From the NCBI RefSeq assembly GCF_030013205.1, contig NZ_CP122648.1: 64,000 nucleotides of DNA. One strand, 5' to 3'. Source of the DNA: Escherichia coli (GTDB lineage: Bacteria; Pseudomonadota; Gammaproteobacteria; Enterobacterales; Enterobacteriaceae). The position numbers and the translations under genes are program-made. The stretch's first letter is position 1. Each line of letters starts with the position of its first letter. Shown in pieces: positions 27,384 to 36,900 of the stretch. The notes beneath the pieces are model-generated. The model was not told the DNA's origin. It worked only from the letters and a program-made list of their open reading frames with translations, and ran no database searches.

Positions 27384-28424
27384 ATGAAATCAGTGGTGAA
27401 TGATACTGATGGTATCGTGCGCATTGCAGAAAGCGTCATTCCTGAAATTAAACATCAGGATGAGGTACGGGTAAAAATTGCCAGCTCGGGCTTATGTGGT
27501 TCCGATTTACCCAGGATATTTAAAAATGGTGCACATTATTATCCAATAACGTTAGGCCATGAATTTAGCGGCTATATTGATGCGGTGGGATCCGGTGTTG
27601 ATGATTTACACCCTGGCGATGCGGTTGCCTGTGTGCCGTTATTACCCTGTTTTACTTGTCCAGAGTGTTTGAAAGGGTTTTATTCCCAGTGCGCAAAATA
27701 TGATTTTATTGGCTCGCGGCGTGATGGTGGATTTGCTGAATATATTGTCGTTAAGCGAAAAAATGTCTTTGCTCTACCCACGGATATGTCTATTGAGGAT
27801 GGGGCTTTTATTGAGCCGATTACCGTTGGCCTGCATGCTTTTCATTTAGCGCAAGGTTGTGAGAATAAAAACGTTATTATTATTGGTGCCGGAACCATTG
27901 GCCTGCTGGCTATTCAGTGCGCTGTCGCGCTGGGAGCAAAGAGTGTGACGGCTATCGACATTAGCTCAGAAAAACTGGCACTGGCAAAATCTTTCGGTGC
28001 GATGCAAACATTTAACAGCCTTGAAATGAGCGCGCCGCAAATGCAGGGCGTTTTACGCGAGCTGCGCTTTAATCAGCTTATCCTCGAGACGGCTGGCGTC
28101 CCGCAAACCGTCGAACTGGCGGTAGAGATTGCCGGGCCTCATGCCCAGCTGGCGCTGGTGGGCACGTTGCATCAGGATCTGCATTTAACATCGACAACGT
28201 TTGGCAAAATATTACGTAAAGAGCTGACGGTTATCGGCAGCTGGATGAACTACTCCAGCCCTTGGCCGGGGCAGGAGTGGGAAACGGCGAGCCGGTTGCT
28301 GACAGAACGTAAGTTAAGCCTGGAGCCATTAATCGCTCACCGTGGAAGCTTTGAAAGCTTCACCCAGGCGGTGCGTGACATCGCTCGTAATGCTATGCCG
28401 GGCAAAGTGTTGCTCATTCCTTGA
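27384..28424 (+). CDS. gatD: Galactitol-1-phosphate 5-dehydrogenase (Zn-dependent MDR family)
   Basis: 346-aa ORF with GHEFSG and GAGTIGLL motifs. Confidence 0.9.
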   Translation: MKSVVNDTDGIVRIAESVIPEIKHQDEVRVKIASSGLCGSDLPRIFKNGAHYYPITLGHEFSGYIDAVGSGVDDLHPGDAVACVPLLPCFTCPECLKGFYSQCAKYDFIGSRRDGGFAEYIVVKRKNVFALPTDMSIEDGAFIEPITVGLHAFHLAQGCENKNVIIIGAGTIGLLAIQCAVALGAKSVTAIDISSEKLALAKSFGAMQTFNSLEMSAPQMQGVLRELRFNQLILETAGVPQTVELAVEIAGPHAQLALVGTLHQDLHLTSTTFGKILRKELTVIGSWMNYSSPWPGQEWETASRLLTERKLSLEPLIAHRGSFESFTQAVRDIARNAMPGKVLLIP

Positions 28425-28523
28425 AACCGCGGGCCAGCGTGATGCTGGCCCGGTATTGTGCAAAACAGATCATTCACCAATGGTCCCCCTTCGTTTACAC
28501 TAACCACAATTGAATATGGGTAA

Positions 28524-29303
28524 ATGACGATGAATTCATTCGAGCGAAGGAATAAGATCATCCAATTAGTGAATGAACAGGGAACCGTGCTTGTTCAGGA
28601 TCTGGCGGGAGTATTTGCTGCATCGGAAGCGACAATCCGTGCCGATTTGCGCTTTCTCGAACAAAAAGGCGTGGTTACGCGCTTTCATGGCGGTGCGGCG
28701 AAAATAATGTCCGGTAATAGTGAAACCGAGACCCAGGAAGTCGGGTTTAAAGCGCGATTTCAGCTCGCCAGCGCGCCAAAAAACAGAATAGCGCAGGCGG
28801 CAGTCAAAATGATCCACGAAGGGATGACCGTTATTCTCGACAGCGGAAGTACGACAATGCTTATCGCCGAAGGATTAATGACCGCCAAAAATATCACGGT
28901 GATTACCAACAGTCTCCCGGCAGCGTTTGCCCTTTCCGAAAATAAAGACATTACTCTGGTTGTCTGTGGTGGCACGGTCCGCCATAAAACGCGCTCGATG
29001 CATGGTTCCATTGCCGAGCGTTCATTACAGGATATTAATGCCGATTTAATGTTTGTCGGTGCTGATGGTATTGATGCGGTTAATGGTATTACGACCTTTA
29101 ATGAAGGTTATTCGATTAGCGGGGCGATGGTCACAGCCGCAAATAAAGTGATTGCCGTTCTCGATTCATCGAAATTTAATCGTCGCGGTTTTAATCAGGT
29201 ACTGCCAATCGAAAAAATTGACATTATTATTACCGACGATGCCGTGTCAGAGGTGGATAAACTGGCATTGCAGAAGACACGGGTAAAATTAATTACGGTG
29301 TAG
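28524..29303 (+). CDS. gatR: DeoR-family repressor of the gat operon (intact here)
   Basis: 259-aa uninterrupted ORF with a DeoR HTH (ERRNKIIQLVNEQGTVLVQDLAGVFAASEATIRADL). Confidence 0.85.
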   Translation: MTMNSFERRNKIIQLVNEQGTVLVQDLAGVFAASEATIRADLRFLEQKGVVTRFHGGAAKIMSGNSETETQEVGFKARFQLASAPKNRIAQAAVKMIHEGMTVILDSGSTTMLIAEGLMTAKNITVITNSLPAAFALSENKDITLVVCGGTVRHKTRSMHGSIAERSLQDINADLMFVGADGIDAVNGITTFNEGYSISGAMVTAANKVIAVLDSSKFNRRGFNQVLPIEKIDIIITDDAVSEVDKLALQKTRVKLITV

Positions 29304-29324
29304 TATTGTTCTGTATGCCGGATA

Positions 29325-29348
29325 AGGTGTTTACACCGCATCCGGCAT
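29325..29348. repeat. REP-like palindrome
   Basis: ATGCCGGATAAGGTGTTTACACCGCATCCGGCAT. Confidence 0.5.
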
Positions 29349-29384
29349 TACGGATTCTCCCTGGTTCAAGAGAGAATAGTTTGA

Positions 29385-30284
29385 TTAACGCAATAATGGA
29401 CAATCTGGTGGTAATCGACAACGTAACGCCGCCGGAAGTATTTCAATATGGAAGTTTTGCCCACTCAACGGTTCGCCATCAAGATTAAAAGTGATTTCGT
29501 GTGGGGCTTGTATATCAAACCACGACGAAGCGCCTTCGATAATATTCGGGTTATCTTCGTCAGATTTTAAGGTTGATACGAGAGCTGGAAGAATTTCATC
29601 GCCGGTAAAAATGCGCAGTTGCAGCAGGCCATCGTTAATTAACGCGTTCGGGCACAATTGCTGACCGCCACCGGCCTGACGCCCGTTACCAATACCAATG
29701 ACCAGGGCGTCACCTTGCCAGTGAAAGTTTTCACCGCGGATCTCACAACGGTCCGGTTGCAGAGTATCCATGCGCATTAAGCCATGAATGATGTAAGAGA
29801 CGCCACCCAGCGCGGCTTTTAATTTTTCCGGCGTTTCTGTGGTAATACGCGTCCCAAACCCGCCTGTCGCCATATTAATAAAACAGGTTTGTTTGTTGAC
29901 CTGCGCCATATCTATCGCAATGGCGTTACCGGCAATTGCCAGTTTCAGCGCCTTATCCAGAGCCTCAGGAATCCCTACACTAGTGGCAAAATCATTGGCG
30001 GTTCCTAATGGTAAAATTCCCAGCGCGGGTATGTCATCCCCCTCACACTGAATCAACGCCGTAGAAACTTCATTAATGGTGCCATCGCCACCACCGGCAA
30101 TCACCGTTGCGACGCCCAACTTCCGTGCCTCCTCTACATATCGTGCGGCATCGCCTTTCTCCCAGGTGACCCGCACATGGATCGTCATTCCTTCCTCACG
30201 CAACAGCATAATTGCTTCGCGCAAGGGTAGATTGTCAGTACTTTTGCCATTAAGAATCAGTAAGCTGGCGGGAAATTCTGCCAT
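29385..30284 (-). CDS. yegS: Lipid kinase (DAG-kinase-like fold)
   Basis: 299-aa ORF ([32 protein letters not shown] ... GGDGTINE). Confidence 0.9.
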   Translation of the reverse strand: MAEFPASLLILNGKSTDNLPLREAIMLLREEGMTIHVRVTWEKGDAARYVEEARKLGVATVIAGGGDGTINEVSTALIQCEGDDIPALGILPLGTANDFATSVGIPEALDKALKLAIAGNAIAIDMAQVNKQTCFINMATGGFGTRITTETPEKLKAALGGVSYIIHGLMRMDTLQPDRCEIRGENFHWQGDALVIGIGNGRQAGGGQQLCPNALINDGLLQLRIFTGDEILPALVSTLKSDEDNPNIIEGASSWFDIQAPHEITFNLDGEPLSGQNFHIEILPAALRCRLPPDCPLLR

Positions 30285-30698
30285 GATCGTATGTGCCTTT
30301 ATGATTGGTCTGTAGATAGTGTAGAGCAGAAAAGAAAAGGTGGAGTCAGAACAGGATGAAAGTCTGAGGATAAAAAGTCAGTTCAAGTATGGAGGATTCA
30401 GTGGTTACCACCAGGAGCTTGCAATGGGGACAGTGAATGTTAACGGTAGCCATAGGTAAATTTCAAAAAAGAGCATATACCTAATATTCAACTAAACAGT
30501 GGCATCTTCAATATACTATTCAAAATATATTTAAGCCACCCATAGGGTTACCCGGAAGGGCCTCCGTGTCTGTAATTCCTACTTATGTAGGAAATGTTGT
30601 ACAAAACATTTATTATAATCCTATTCAAATATAATAATCAGCCATTATTATATTTGAACACTAGAGAGTGTCGTTGGTATTTAATGGGGGAAGGTGAG

Positions 30699-31016
30699 AT
30701 GAAAAAGATAGCTGCTATATCATTAATTAGTATTTTTCTTATGTCTGGGTGTGCTGTGCATAATGATGAGACAAGTATCGGTAAATTTGGCCTTGCATAT
30801 AAAAGTAATATTCAGCGTAAACTCGATAACCAATACTACACCGAAGCCGAAGCTTCTTTAGCCAGGGGCAGAATTTCTGGTGCAGAAAATATAGTAAAAA
30901 ATGATGCAGCTCATTTCTGTGTTACTCAGGGCAAAAAAATGCAGATAGTTGACCTGAAGACAGAAGGTGCAGGATTACATGGCGTCGCTCGTCTGACATT
31001 CAAATGTGGAGAGTGA
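30699..31016 (+). CDS. yegR: Small lipoprotein-like protein
   Basis: ATG 30699 with a GGGGAAGGTGAG SD region. MKKIAAISLISIFLMSGC contains a lipobox. 105 aa. The track ORF start at 30594 is rejected. Confidence 0.8.
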   Translation: MKKIAAISLISIFLMSGCAVHNDETSIGKFGLAYKSNIQRKLDNQYYTEAEASLARGRISGAENIVKNDAAHFCVTQGKKMQIVDLKTEGAGLHGVARLTFKCGE

Positions 31017-31174
31017 GAATATTTTTTGGTAAGCGTCAAACATGCGCGTTCTGGTTGTGCGTAGCCGGAACCTGTGCGAGCACGATGCCGTTACGTGAAA
31101 GGCATCGTGCTATGAAGGGGGATTCTATCGATTTGGTCAATGGAAGACGGGGACCAGGGATAGGGCTTATGCAT

Positions 31175-31261
31175 AAAAAATAAGCCCGTGTAAGGGAGAT
31201 TACACAGGCTAAGGAGGTGGTTCCTGGTACAGCTAGCATTTTATGGGTTATGTTTTTCAGC
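31175..31261 (-). ncRNA. cyaR: CyaR (RyeE) Hfq-dependent sRNA
   Basis: The minus strand reads GCTGAAAAACATAACCCATAAAATGCTAGCTGTACCAGGAACCACCTCCTTAGCCTGTGTAATCTCCCTTACACGGGCTTATTTTTT. This matches the CyaR sequence as I recall it, including the terminator hairpin. It is adjacent to yegQ. Confidence 0.85.
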
Positions 31262-31345
31262 GAAACGGATGATAACCTTAATAAATGCAGCTGTATGTGA
31301 TCGGTTTCTAAGAATTTTCCATCCGGGAAAAATAATCGAAATTAA

Positions 31346-32707
31346 TCACTTACCGTGGGGGTTACGCGTGGTTTCCCCGGAGAAATTACGCATCAGCAGC
31401 GCGTAATTTAGCTCAAGATCCTGCGGGACCGGGATCCACACAGTATAACCATCGCCCGGTGCGACCGGCATTGCTTCGCCTTTGGCGTTTTCCATATGCT
31501 CAAGGGTAAAGTTAATGTTCCCTTGCGGCGTCATCAGCTCAAGGCTGTCGCCAACGGAGAATTTATTTTTCACCGCTACCGCCGCGAGGTCGCCCTTGCG
31601 CTCACCGGTAAACTCACCAACAAACTGCTGGCGGTCAGAAACTGAATAACCGTATTCGTAGTTCTGATAATCGTCGTGAGTATGACGACGCAGGAAACCT
31701 TCGGTATAGCCACGATGCGCCAGACCTTCCAGAGTTTCCAGCAGGCTGGTATCGAACGGTTTGCCCGCAGCGGCGTCATCGATAGCTTTACGATAAACCT
31801 GTGCGGTGCGTGCGCAATAGTAGAAAGATTTGGTACGGCCTTCGATTTTCAGCGAATGCACGCCCATTTTGGTCAGGCGTTCTACATGGGCGATGGCGCG
31901 CAGATCTTTCGAGTTCATGATGTAAGTGCCGTGCTCATCTTCAAACGCGGTCATATACTCGCCCGGACGCTGGGCTTCTTCGATCATAAACACTTTGTCA
32001 GTTGGTGCGCCGATACCCAGCGTCGGCTCAACATTTTGCACCGGAATCGGCTCGTACTTGTGTACGATGTTGCCAACGTCATCTTCTTTCCCTTCCTGGA
32101 CGTTGTACTCCCAGCGGCAGGCGTTGGTGCAGGTGCCCTGGTTCGGGTCGCGCTTGTTGATATAGCCAGAGAGCAGGCAGCGACCGGAGTAGGCCATGCA
32201 CAGCGCGCCGTGAACGAAGATCTCGATCTCCATATCCGGCACCTGATTACGGATCTCTTCAATCTCTTCCAGCGACAGCTCGCGAGAGAGGATCACGCGG
32301 GTCAGTCCCATTTGCTGCCAGAATTTCACCGTCGCCCAGTTCACGGCGTTAGCCTGCACCGAGAGGTGGATCGGCATTTCAGGGAAGTGCTCGCGCACCA
32401 GCATAATCAGCCCTGGATCGGACATAATCAGCGCATCCGGCCCCATTTCCACCAGCGGTTTCAGGTCACGGATAAAGGTTTTCAGCTTGGCGTTGTGCGG
32501 TGCAATGTTGACCACGACATAAAACTTTTTCCCCAGCGCATGGGCTTCATTAATGCCGAGCTGAAGATTTTCGTGGTTGAATTCGTTGTTGCGCACACGC
32601 AGGGAGTAACGTGGCTGGCCCGCATAAACAGCATCTGCGCCATAAGCGAAAGCGTAACGCATATTTTTCAGCGTTCCCGCCGGGGAAAGGAGTTCCGGTT
32701 TAAACAT
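31346..32707 (-). CDS. yegQ: Peptidase U32-family protein (tRNA hydroxylation factor TrhP)
   Basis: 453-aa ORF (MFKPELLSPAGTLKNMRYAFAYGADAVYAG...). Confidence 0.9.
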   Translation of the reverse strand: MFKPELLSPAGTLKNMRYAFAYGADAVYAGQPRYSLRVRNNEFNHENLQLGINEAHALGKKFYVVVNIAPHNAKLKTFIRDLKPLVEMGPDALIMSDPGLIMLVREHFPEMPIHLSVQANAVNWATVKFWQQMGLTRVILSRELSLEEIEEIRNQVPDMEIEIFVHGALCMAYSGRCLLSGYINKRDPNQGTCTNACRWEYNVQEGKEDDVGNIVHKYEPIPVQNVEPTLGIGAPTDKVFMIEEAQRPGEYMTAFEDEHGTYIMNSKDLRAIAHVERLTKMGVHSLKIEGRTKSFYYCARTAQVYRKAIDDAAAGKPFDTSLLETLEGLAHRGYTEGFLRRHTHDDYQNYEYGYSVSDRQQFVGEFTGERKGDLAAVAVKNKFSVGDSLELMTPQGNINFTLEHMENAKGEAMPVAPGDGYTVWIPVPQDLELNYALLMRNFSGETTRNPHGK

Positions 32708-32853
32708 AATTCTCTCGTTCTGATGACAGGTCAGATCCGCTTCACCTGATGAAGCGGCCAGGGGAGTGCCCCCACTTTAAGGGCGGGCATTGTAGCGCTG
32801 TAGGGGGGGCTGGTAAAGCGCCAGACGCCAACAACACGCGCCCGGCATCGTAA

Positions 32854-33186
32854 TTACGTATTGTCTTTCACCGTCTGGCTTGTGCCATTGGCTTTAACGG
32901 AGGCAATTCCGGTTTCACGAGATTGCGCGGTGGCGTACATCTGGCTGGAGCCGATAATTTGATGATTGGCGGCTTTCAGATTGAAATAGAATTTGCCGTT
33001 GCTTGCCGTTTTTTTCTCATAGCGTTCTTCTTGCGGGCTGTTGCTACGCACCGACGCGATACCCTTTTCCGCAGAGGCTTTTGAGGTATATAGCTCGCTG
33101 GTGAGGATAGTCTCACCATTGCCCGCTTTTAGCACAAACCGGAACTGATTATCACTGCTCTTACTGAGTTCAAACCAACCAGCCAT
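32854..33186 (-). CDS. yegP: UPF0339/DUF1508 tandem-repeat protein
   Basis: 110 aa from ATG 33186 (MAGWFELSKSSDNQFRFVLKAGNGE...), with an internal duplication (FYFNLKAANHQIIGSSQMY). The track ORF has a 13-aa extension. Confidence 0.85.
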   Translation of the reverse strand: MAGWFELSKSSDNQFRFVLKAGNGETILTSELYTSKASAEKGIASVRSNSPQEERYEKKTASNGKFYFNLKAANHQIIGSSQMYATAQSRETGIASVKANGTSQTVKDNT

Positions 33187-33324
33187 AATGACTCCTTGAT
33201 TGAAATTGCGTATCGAAAACAGCATCTAAAAGGACTGTTTACCGATTAAAGTATGAGCGATTTTCAGGCGGTTGCCAGGGCGAAGAGATAATGTCAGATA
33301 GCCGACAATGCATGGGATAATGTT

Positions 33325-33354
33325 GCCGGATGCGGCGTGAATGCCTTCTCCGGC
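33325..33354. repeat. REP-like palindrome
   Basis: GCCGGATGCGGCGTGAATGCCTTCTCCGGC. Confidence 0.5.
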
Positions 33355-33365
33355 AGGTAAAAATG

Positions 33366-34088
33366 TTAAACGATGCGGCAGGCGTCGGCTTCCCAGCGGT
33401 AACCGACGCCGTAAACGGCACGGATAAAGGACTGTTCGGCGTCGAGAGATTCCAGCTTGCGGCGCAGGTTTTTAATGTGGCTATCGATGGTGCGGTCGGT
33501 TACTACGCGGTAGTCGTCATAAAGATGATTGAGCAATTGCTCGCGGGAGAACACTTTTCCTGGTTCATGAGAGAGCGTTTTCAGCAGACGAAATTCCGCA
33601 GGCGTCAGGTCAAGCATTTTTCCGCGCCATGAAGCCTGAAAACGACCTTCGTCGATAATCAACGGGCTTTCAGCATCCTGTTGCTGCAACTCACGCTGCG
33701 GTTTGCAACGGCGCAAAATGGTTTTGACGCGCGCTACCACTTCCCGTGGGCTGTACGGCTTGCAGATATAATCATCTGCGCCAATTTCCAGCCCCAGCAG
33801 GCGGTCGATCTCTTCGATTTTTGCTGTCACCATCACGATCGGAATGTCAGAAAAACGACGAATTTCCCGACACAGCGTCAGGCCATCGGTGCCAGGGAGC
33901 ATCAGATCCAGCAGGATCAGATCCGGTGGTGTCTGGCGCACATACGGCAGTACCTGATCGCCGTGGCTAATCAACGTTGGCGCATAGCTCGCAGCACGCA
34001 GATAATCAATGAGTAACTGCCCCAGCTTCGGTTCATCTTCCACGATCAAAATACGCGGTGTGTTTTCGTCGATTGGTAACTCGGTCAT
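33366..34088 (-). CDS. baeR: OmpR-family response regulator
   Basis: 240-aa ORF with a receiver domain ([10 protein letters not shown]...DLMLPG) and a winged-helix output domain. Confidence 0.95.
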
Positions 34089-35488
34089 ACTTCTCTCTGT
34101 AAATCCCGTTCCAGCGGTAACTCTACTGTAATGCTTACCCCGCCAAAAGGCGAATGGGCAGCAATAATGCGGCCATTATGTGCTTCAACAATGTTCAGGC
34201 AAATCGCCAGCCCCAGCCCGGAACCGCCGCTGGCACGGTTGCGGGAGCCTTCGGTGCGATAAAAACGTTCAAACAATTTTTGTAGTTGATCGTCACTGAC
34301 ACCCGGCGCACTGTCGGCAAAGGTCAGGCGCACCGTTTTGTCGTGCTGCCCGGCAGAGATTTTCAGGCTGCCGCCGCTGTCAGTGTAGCGCAGGCTGTTT
34401 TCAAGTAAGTTATTGAATAACTGCATTAAACGGTCGCGATCGCCAAATACAGTAATACTGTCTGGCAGGGAAAATTGCAGTTTCAGGCCACGGCTGGCGA
34501 ATCGTTCGCGAAATGCGCCGCCCGCCACTTCCAGCAGTGGGATCAAATCTACCGGTGCTTTTTGATAGGCGAGAGCGCCTTCATCAGACATCGACAACTG
34601 ATGAAGATCGTCAACCAGTTTGGTCAGTGTACCGACCTCCGCCTGTAAAGACGCCACCGTCTCCGGCGTGAATTTACGCACGCCATCCTGAATGGCTTCC
34701 AGTTCACCGCGCAGCACCGCTAATGGCGTACGCAGTTCGTGAGAAATATCGGCCATAAAATCGCGCCGCATTTGCTGGTTTTTCTCCAGCGTGCTGGCAA
34801 GCTGGTTGAAGTCTTGCGCCAGTTTGCCCAGTTCATCTTCACTGGTGGGCGTTACGCGGGTAGTGAAATCGCCCGCCGCCAGTTTGTGCGTGCCGTCCAC
34901 CAGCCGTTTTACCGGTGCCAGCAAACCACGCGCCAGCAGAAAGGTAGCGAGTGCCGCGAGTAACGTTGCCAGAGCGACAATCAGCCAGCTGGTTTGCCGC
35001 TGTTGTTTATCGAAATTGATATCAGTATTGCGGGTCAGTCGCTCAACAGGGGAGGCAATCACCGCGCCCACTTCCGCACCGTTGACCAGAATGGGGCGCC
35101 GTGTACCGTCAGGTGGAATCGGCGCTCGCGGACCAACCAGCACTTTGTTGTTTTGATCAACCACCCAGAACTGGGTACGCCAGCCGTGCGGTGGCATACC
35201 CGGGCCGGGTTTATCTTCCGAATTATCGTGTTCAAATGAACGCAGGATCTGAAAGACAAAGCGATCATTGTTGCGCAGGAAGCGCCAGTTGCCATGCTGC
35301 GCATACTGCTCGCCAAGCGCATCACTTAACAGTTGTAATCGCTGTTCATTACCATGCTTGATGTAATCAATAAAGCCACGCTCAAAACTGATACGCACCG
35401 CCCAGTGCATACTGATCAGCAAGACAATGCAGGTGGCGAAAATCGCCAGAAACAGTTTGCCGGTAATACCGGGTCGCCAGAACTTCAT
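34085..35488 (-). CDS. baeS: Envelope-stress sensor histidine kinase
   Basis: 467 aa with two TM segments, HAMP, an H-box ([11 protein letters not shown]) and an HATPase domain. Overlaps baeR by 4 nt. Confidence 0.95.
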
Positions 35489-36900
35489 TGCGCGCTCCTT
35501 TTTCGCCGCGAAATAGCTACATTTTGATGCGTATCGTTCGGCACTCTGGCAAAGATGAACGCCGTAAGGGCAATGATAAACGCCATGCTAAGCCAGGTGT
35601 ACATAAAGACGGTTTGTGTGGTGCCGCTGTCGACGCTGACATGCTGCGAACCAAAAAGTCCCAGCAACAGCCCGGCGATGGTGACGCCGATACTCATCGA
35701 CAATTGCATAATCATCGACAGCAGGCTGTTTCCGCTGCTCGCCAGATTGTCCGGGAGATCTTTCAGCGTCAGGGTGTTCATGGAGGAGAAACGCGTCGAG
35801 TTGACCATCCCTTGTAAAAACAGGACGAACGGCAAAACGTAGTACCAGCCCAGCAGGGCGGTAGTCATAAACAACAGGGTGACCAGCGACAGACCCAGCG
35901 TGGTCGCCACCAGTACCCGACGATAACCAAAGCGATTCACCACCTGTACCACAATTCGCTTCATCCCCATGCTGCCAAGCACCATCGGGATCATCATCAG
36001 TCCGGCATGAAACGGCGAGAAGCCAAGGCCAATTTGCAGGAAAACCGGCGTCATAAAGGGCAACATGCCGCTACCGATACGTCCGGCAAAACTCCCCGCC
36101 AGGCCCAGCGAAAAGGTACGAGTACGGAACAGTTTCAGACTGAACAGGGCGCGGTTGTTATTTCTGGCGTGCAGCAAATAAAGCACCAGTGCTACCACGC
36201 CAACTGCGACCAGGCCAGCAATCGCCAGCGGCGATAAACCTGTACCTTTACTGCCGTCCAGCGCCAGGGTTAATACCGCCATACCAACCGCCAGCAATAA
36301 AAAGCCGGAGAGATCGAAGCGCCGCGTCTGCATGGTGTAGTTCGGCATTAACATCAGCGTGGCGATCGCGCCAATAATCCCCACCGGAATGTTGATTAAA
36401 AAGATCCAATGCCAGGAGGCGTACTCCACCAGCAGGCCGCCGAGCGCCGGACCGAGCAGCGGACCGACCTGACCGGGTAACGTGACAAAGGTCATCGCCG
36501 CCATATATTGCTCGCGCGGTACGATTTTCATCACCGTCAACCTGCCGACCGGCACCATCATCGCACCGCCAACGCCCTGTAACGCGCGTGCCAGCAACAG
36601 TTCGTTCAGCGTGCCGGAAAGCGCGCAAAACAGTGAACCGAGAGTAAACAGCACGATGGCGGTAAAGAAAATATTGCGCACGCCGACTTTGTCCGCCAGC
36701 CAGCCGCTGGCAGGCAACATCACCGCCACGGTCAGCACATAAGAGACAATGACCATGTGCATATGCAACGGACTTTCCCCGAGGCTTTGCGCCATTGAGG
36801 GAAGGGCGGTGTTAACGATGGTGGTGTCCAGCGACTGCATAAAGAAGCCGAAAGCCACAATCCACAATTGCCAGCGGGTGCTGTCGGGAAGATCTGTCAT
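35485..36900 (-). CDS. mdtD: MFS (DHA2-type) transporter
   Basis: 471-aa, 14-TM-type ORF within the mdtABCD-baeSR operon. Confidence 0.9.
   Translation of the reverse strand: MTDLPDSTRWQLWIVAFGFFMQSLDTTIVNTALPSMAQSLGESPLHMHMVIVSYVLTVAVMLPASGWLADKVGVRNIFFTAIVLFTLGSLFCALSGTLNELLLARALQGVGGAMMVPVGRLTVMKIVPREQYMAAMTFVTLPGQVGPLLGPALGGLLVEYASWHWIFLINIPVGIIGAIATLMLMPNYTMQTRRFDLSGFLLLAVGMAVLTLALDGSKGTGLSPLAIAGLVAVGVVALVLYLLHARNNNRALFSLKLFRTRTFSLGLAGSFAGRIGSGMLPFMTPVFLQIGLGFSPFHAGLMMIPMVLGSMGMKRIVVQVVNRFGYRRVLVATTLGLSLVTLLFMTTALLGWYYVLPFVLFLQGMVNSTRFSSMNTLTLKDLPDNLASSGNSLLSMIMQLSMSIGVTIAGLLLGLFGSQHVSVDSGTTQTVFMYTWLSMAFIIALTAFIFARVPNDTHQNVAISRRKRSAQ

Noticed and set aside
30285-30698. Long AT-rich yegS-yegR intergenic region, inspected for small genes or repeats
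   Set aside because: I found only a short palindrome (TTCCTAC-TTATG-TAGGAA) and the spurious upstream extension of the yegR ORF. Nothing there is supportable.
31017-31174. Searched for an Ogr-like zinc-finger ORF or other P2 remnant between yegR and cyaR
   Set aside because: No ORF of that kind exists in any frame, and the spacer is only 158 bp. I report it as an apparently empty att site rather than a prophage remnant.
31676-32749. 357-aa plus-strand ORF, one of the longest unassigned ORFs in the track
   Set aside because: It lies entirely antisense to yegQ, whose 453-aa product is a clearly recognisable U32-family protein. Its translation is Arg/His/Val-rich with no motifs, no SD and no independent support. 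This is a typical shadow ORF in GC-rich coding DNA.
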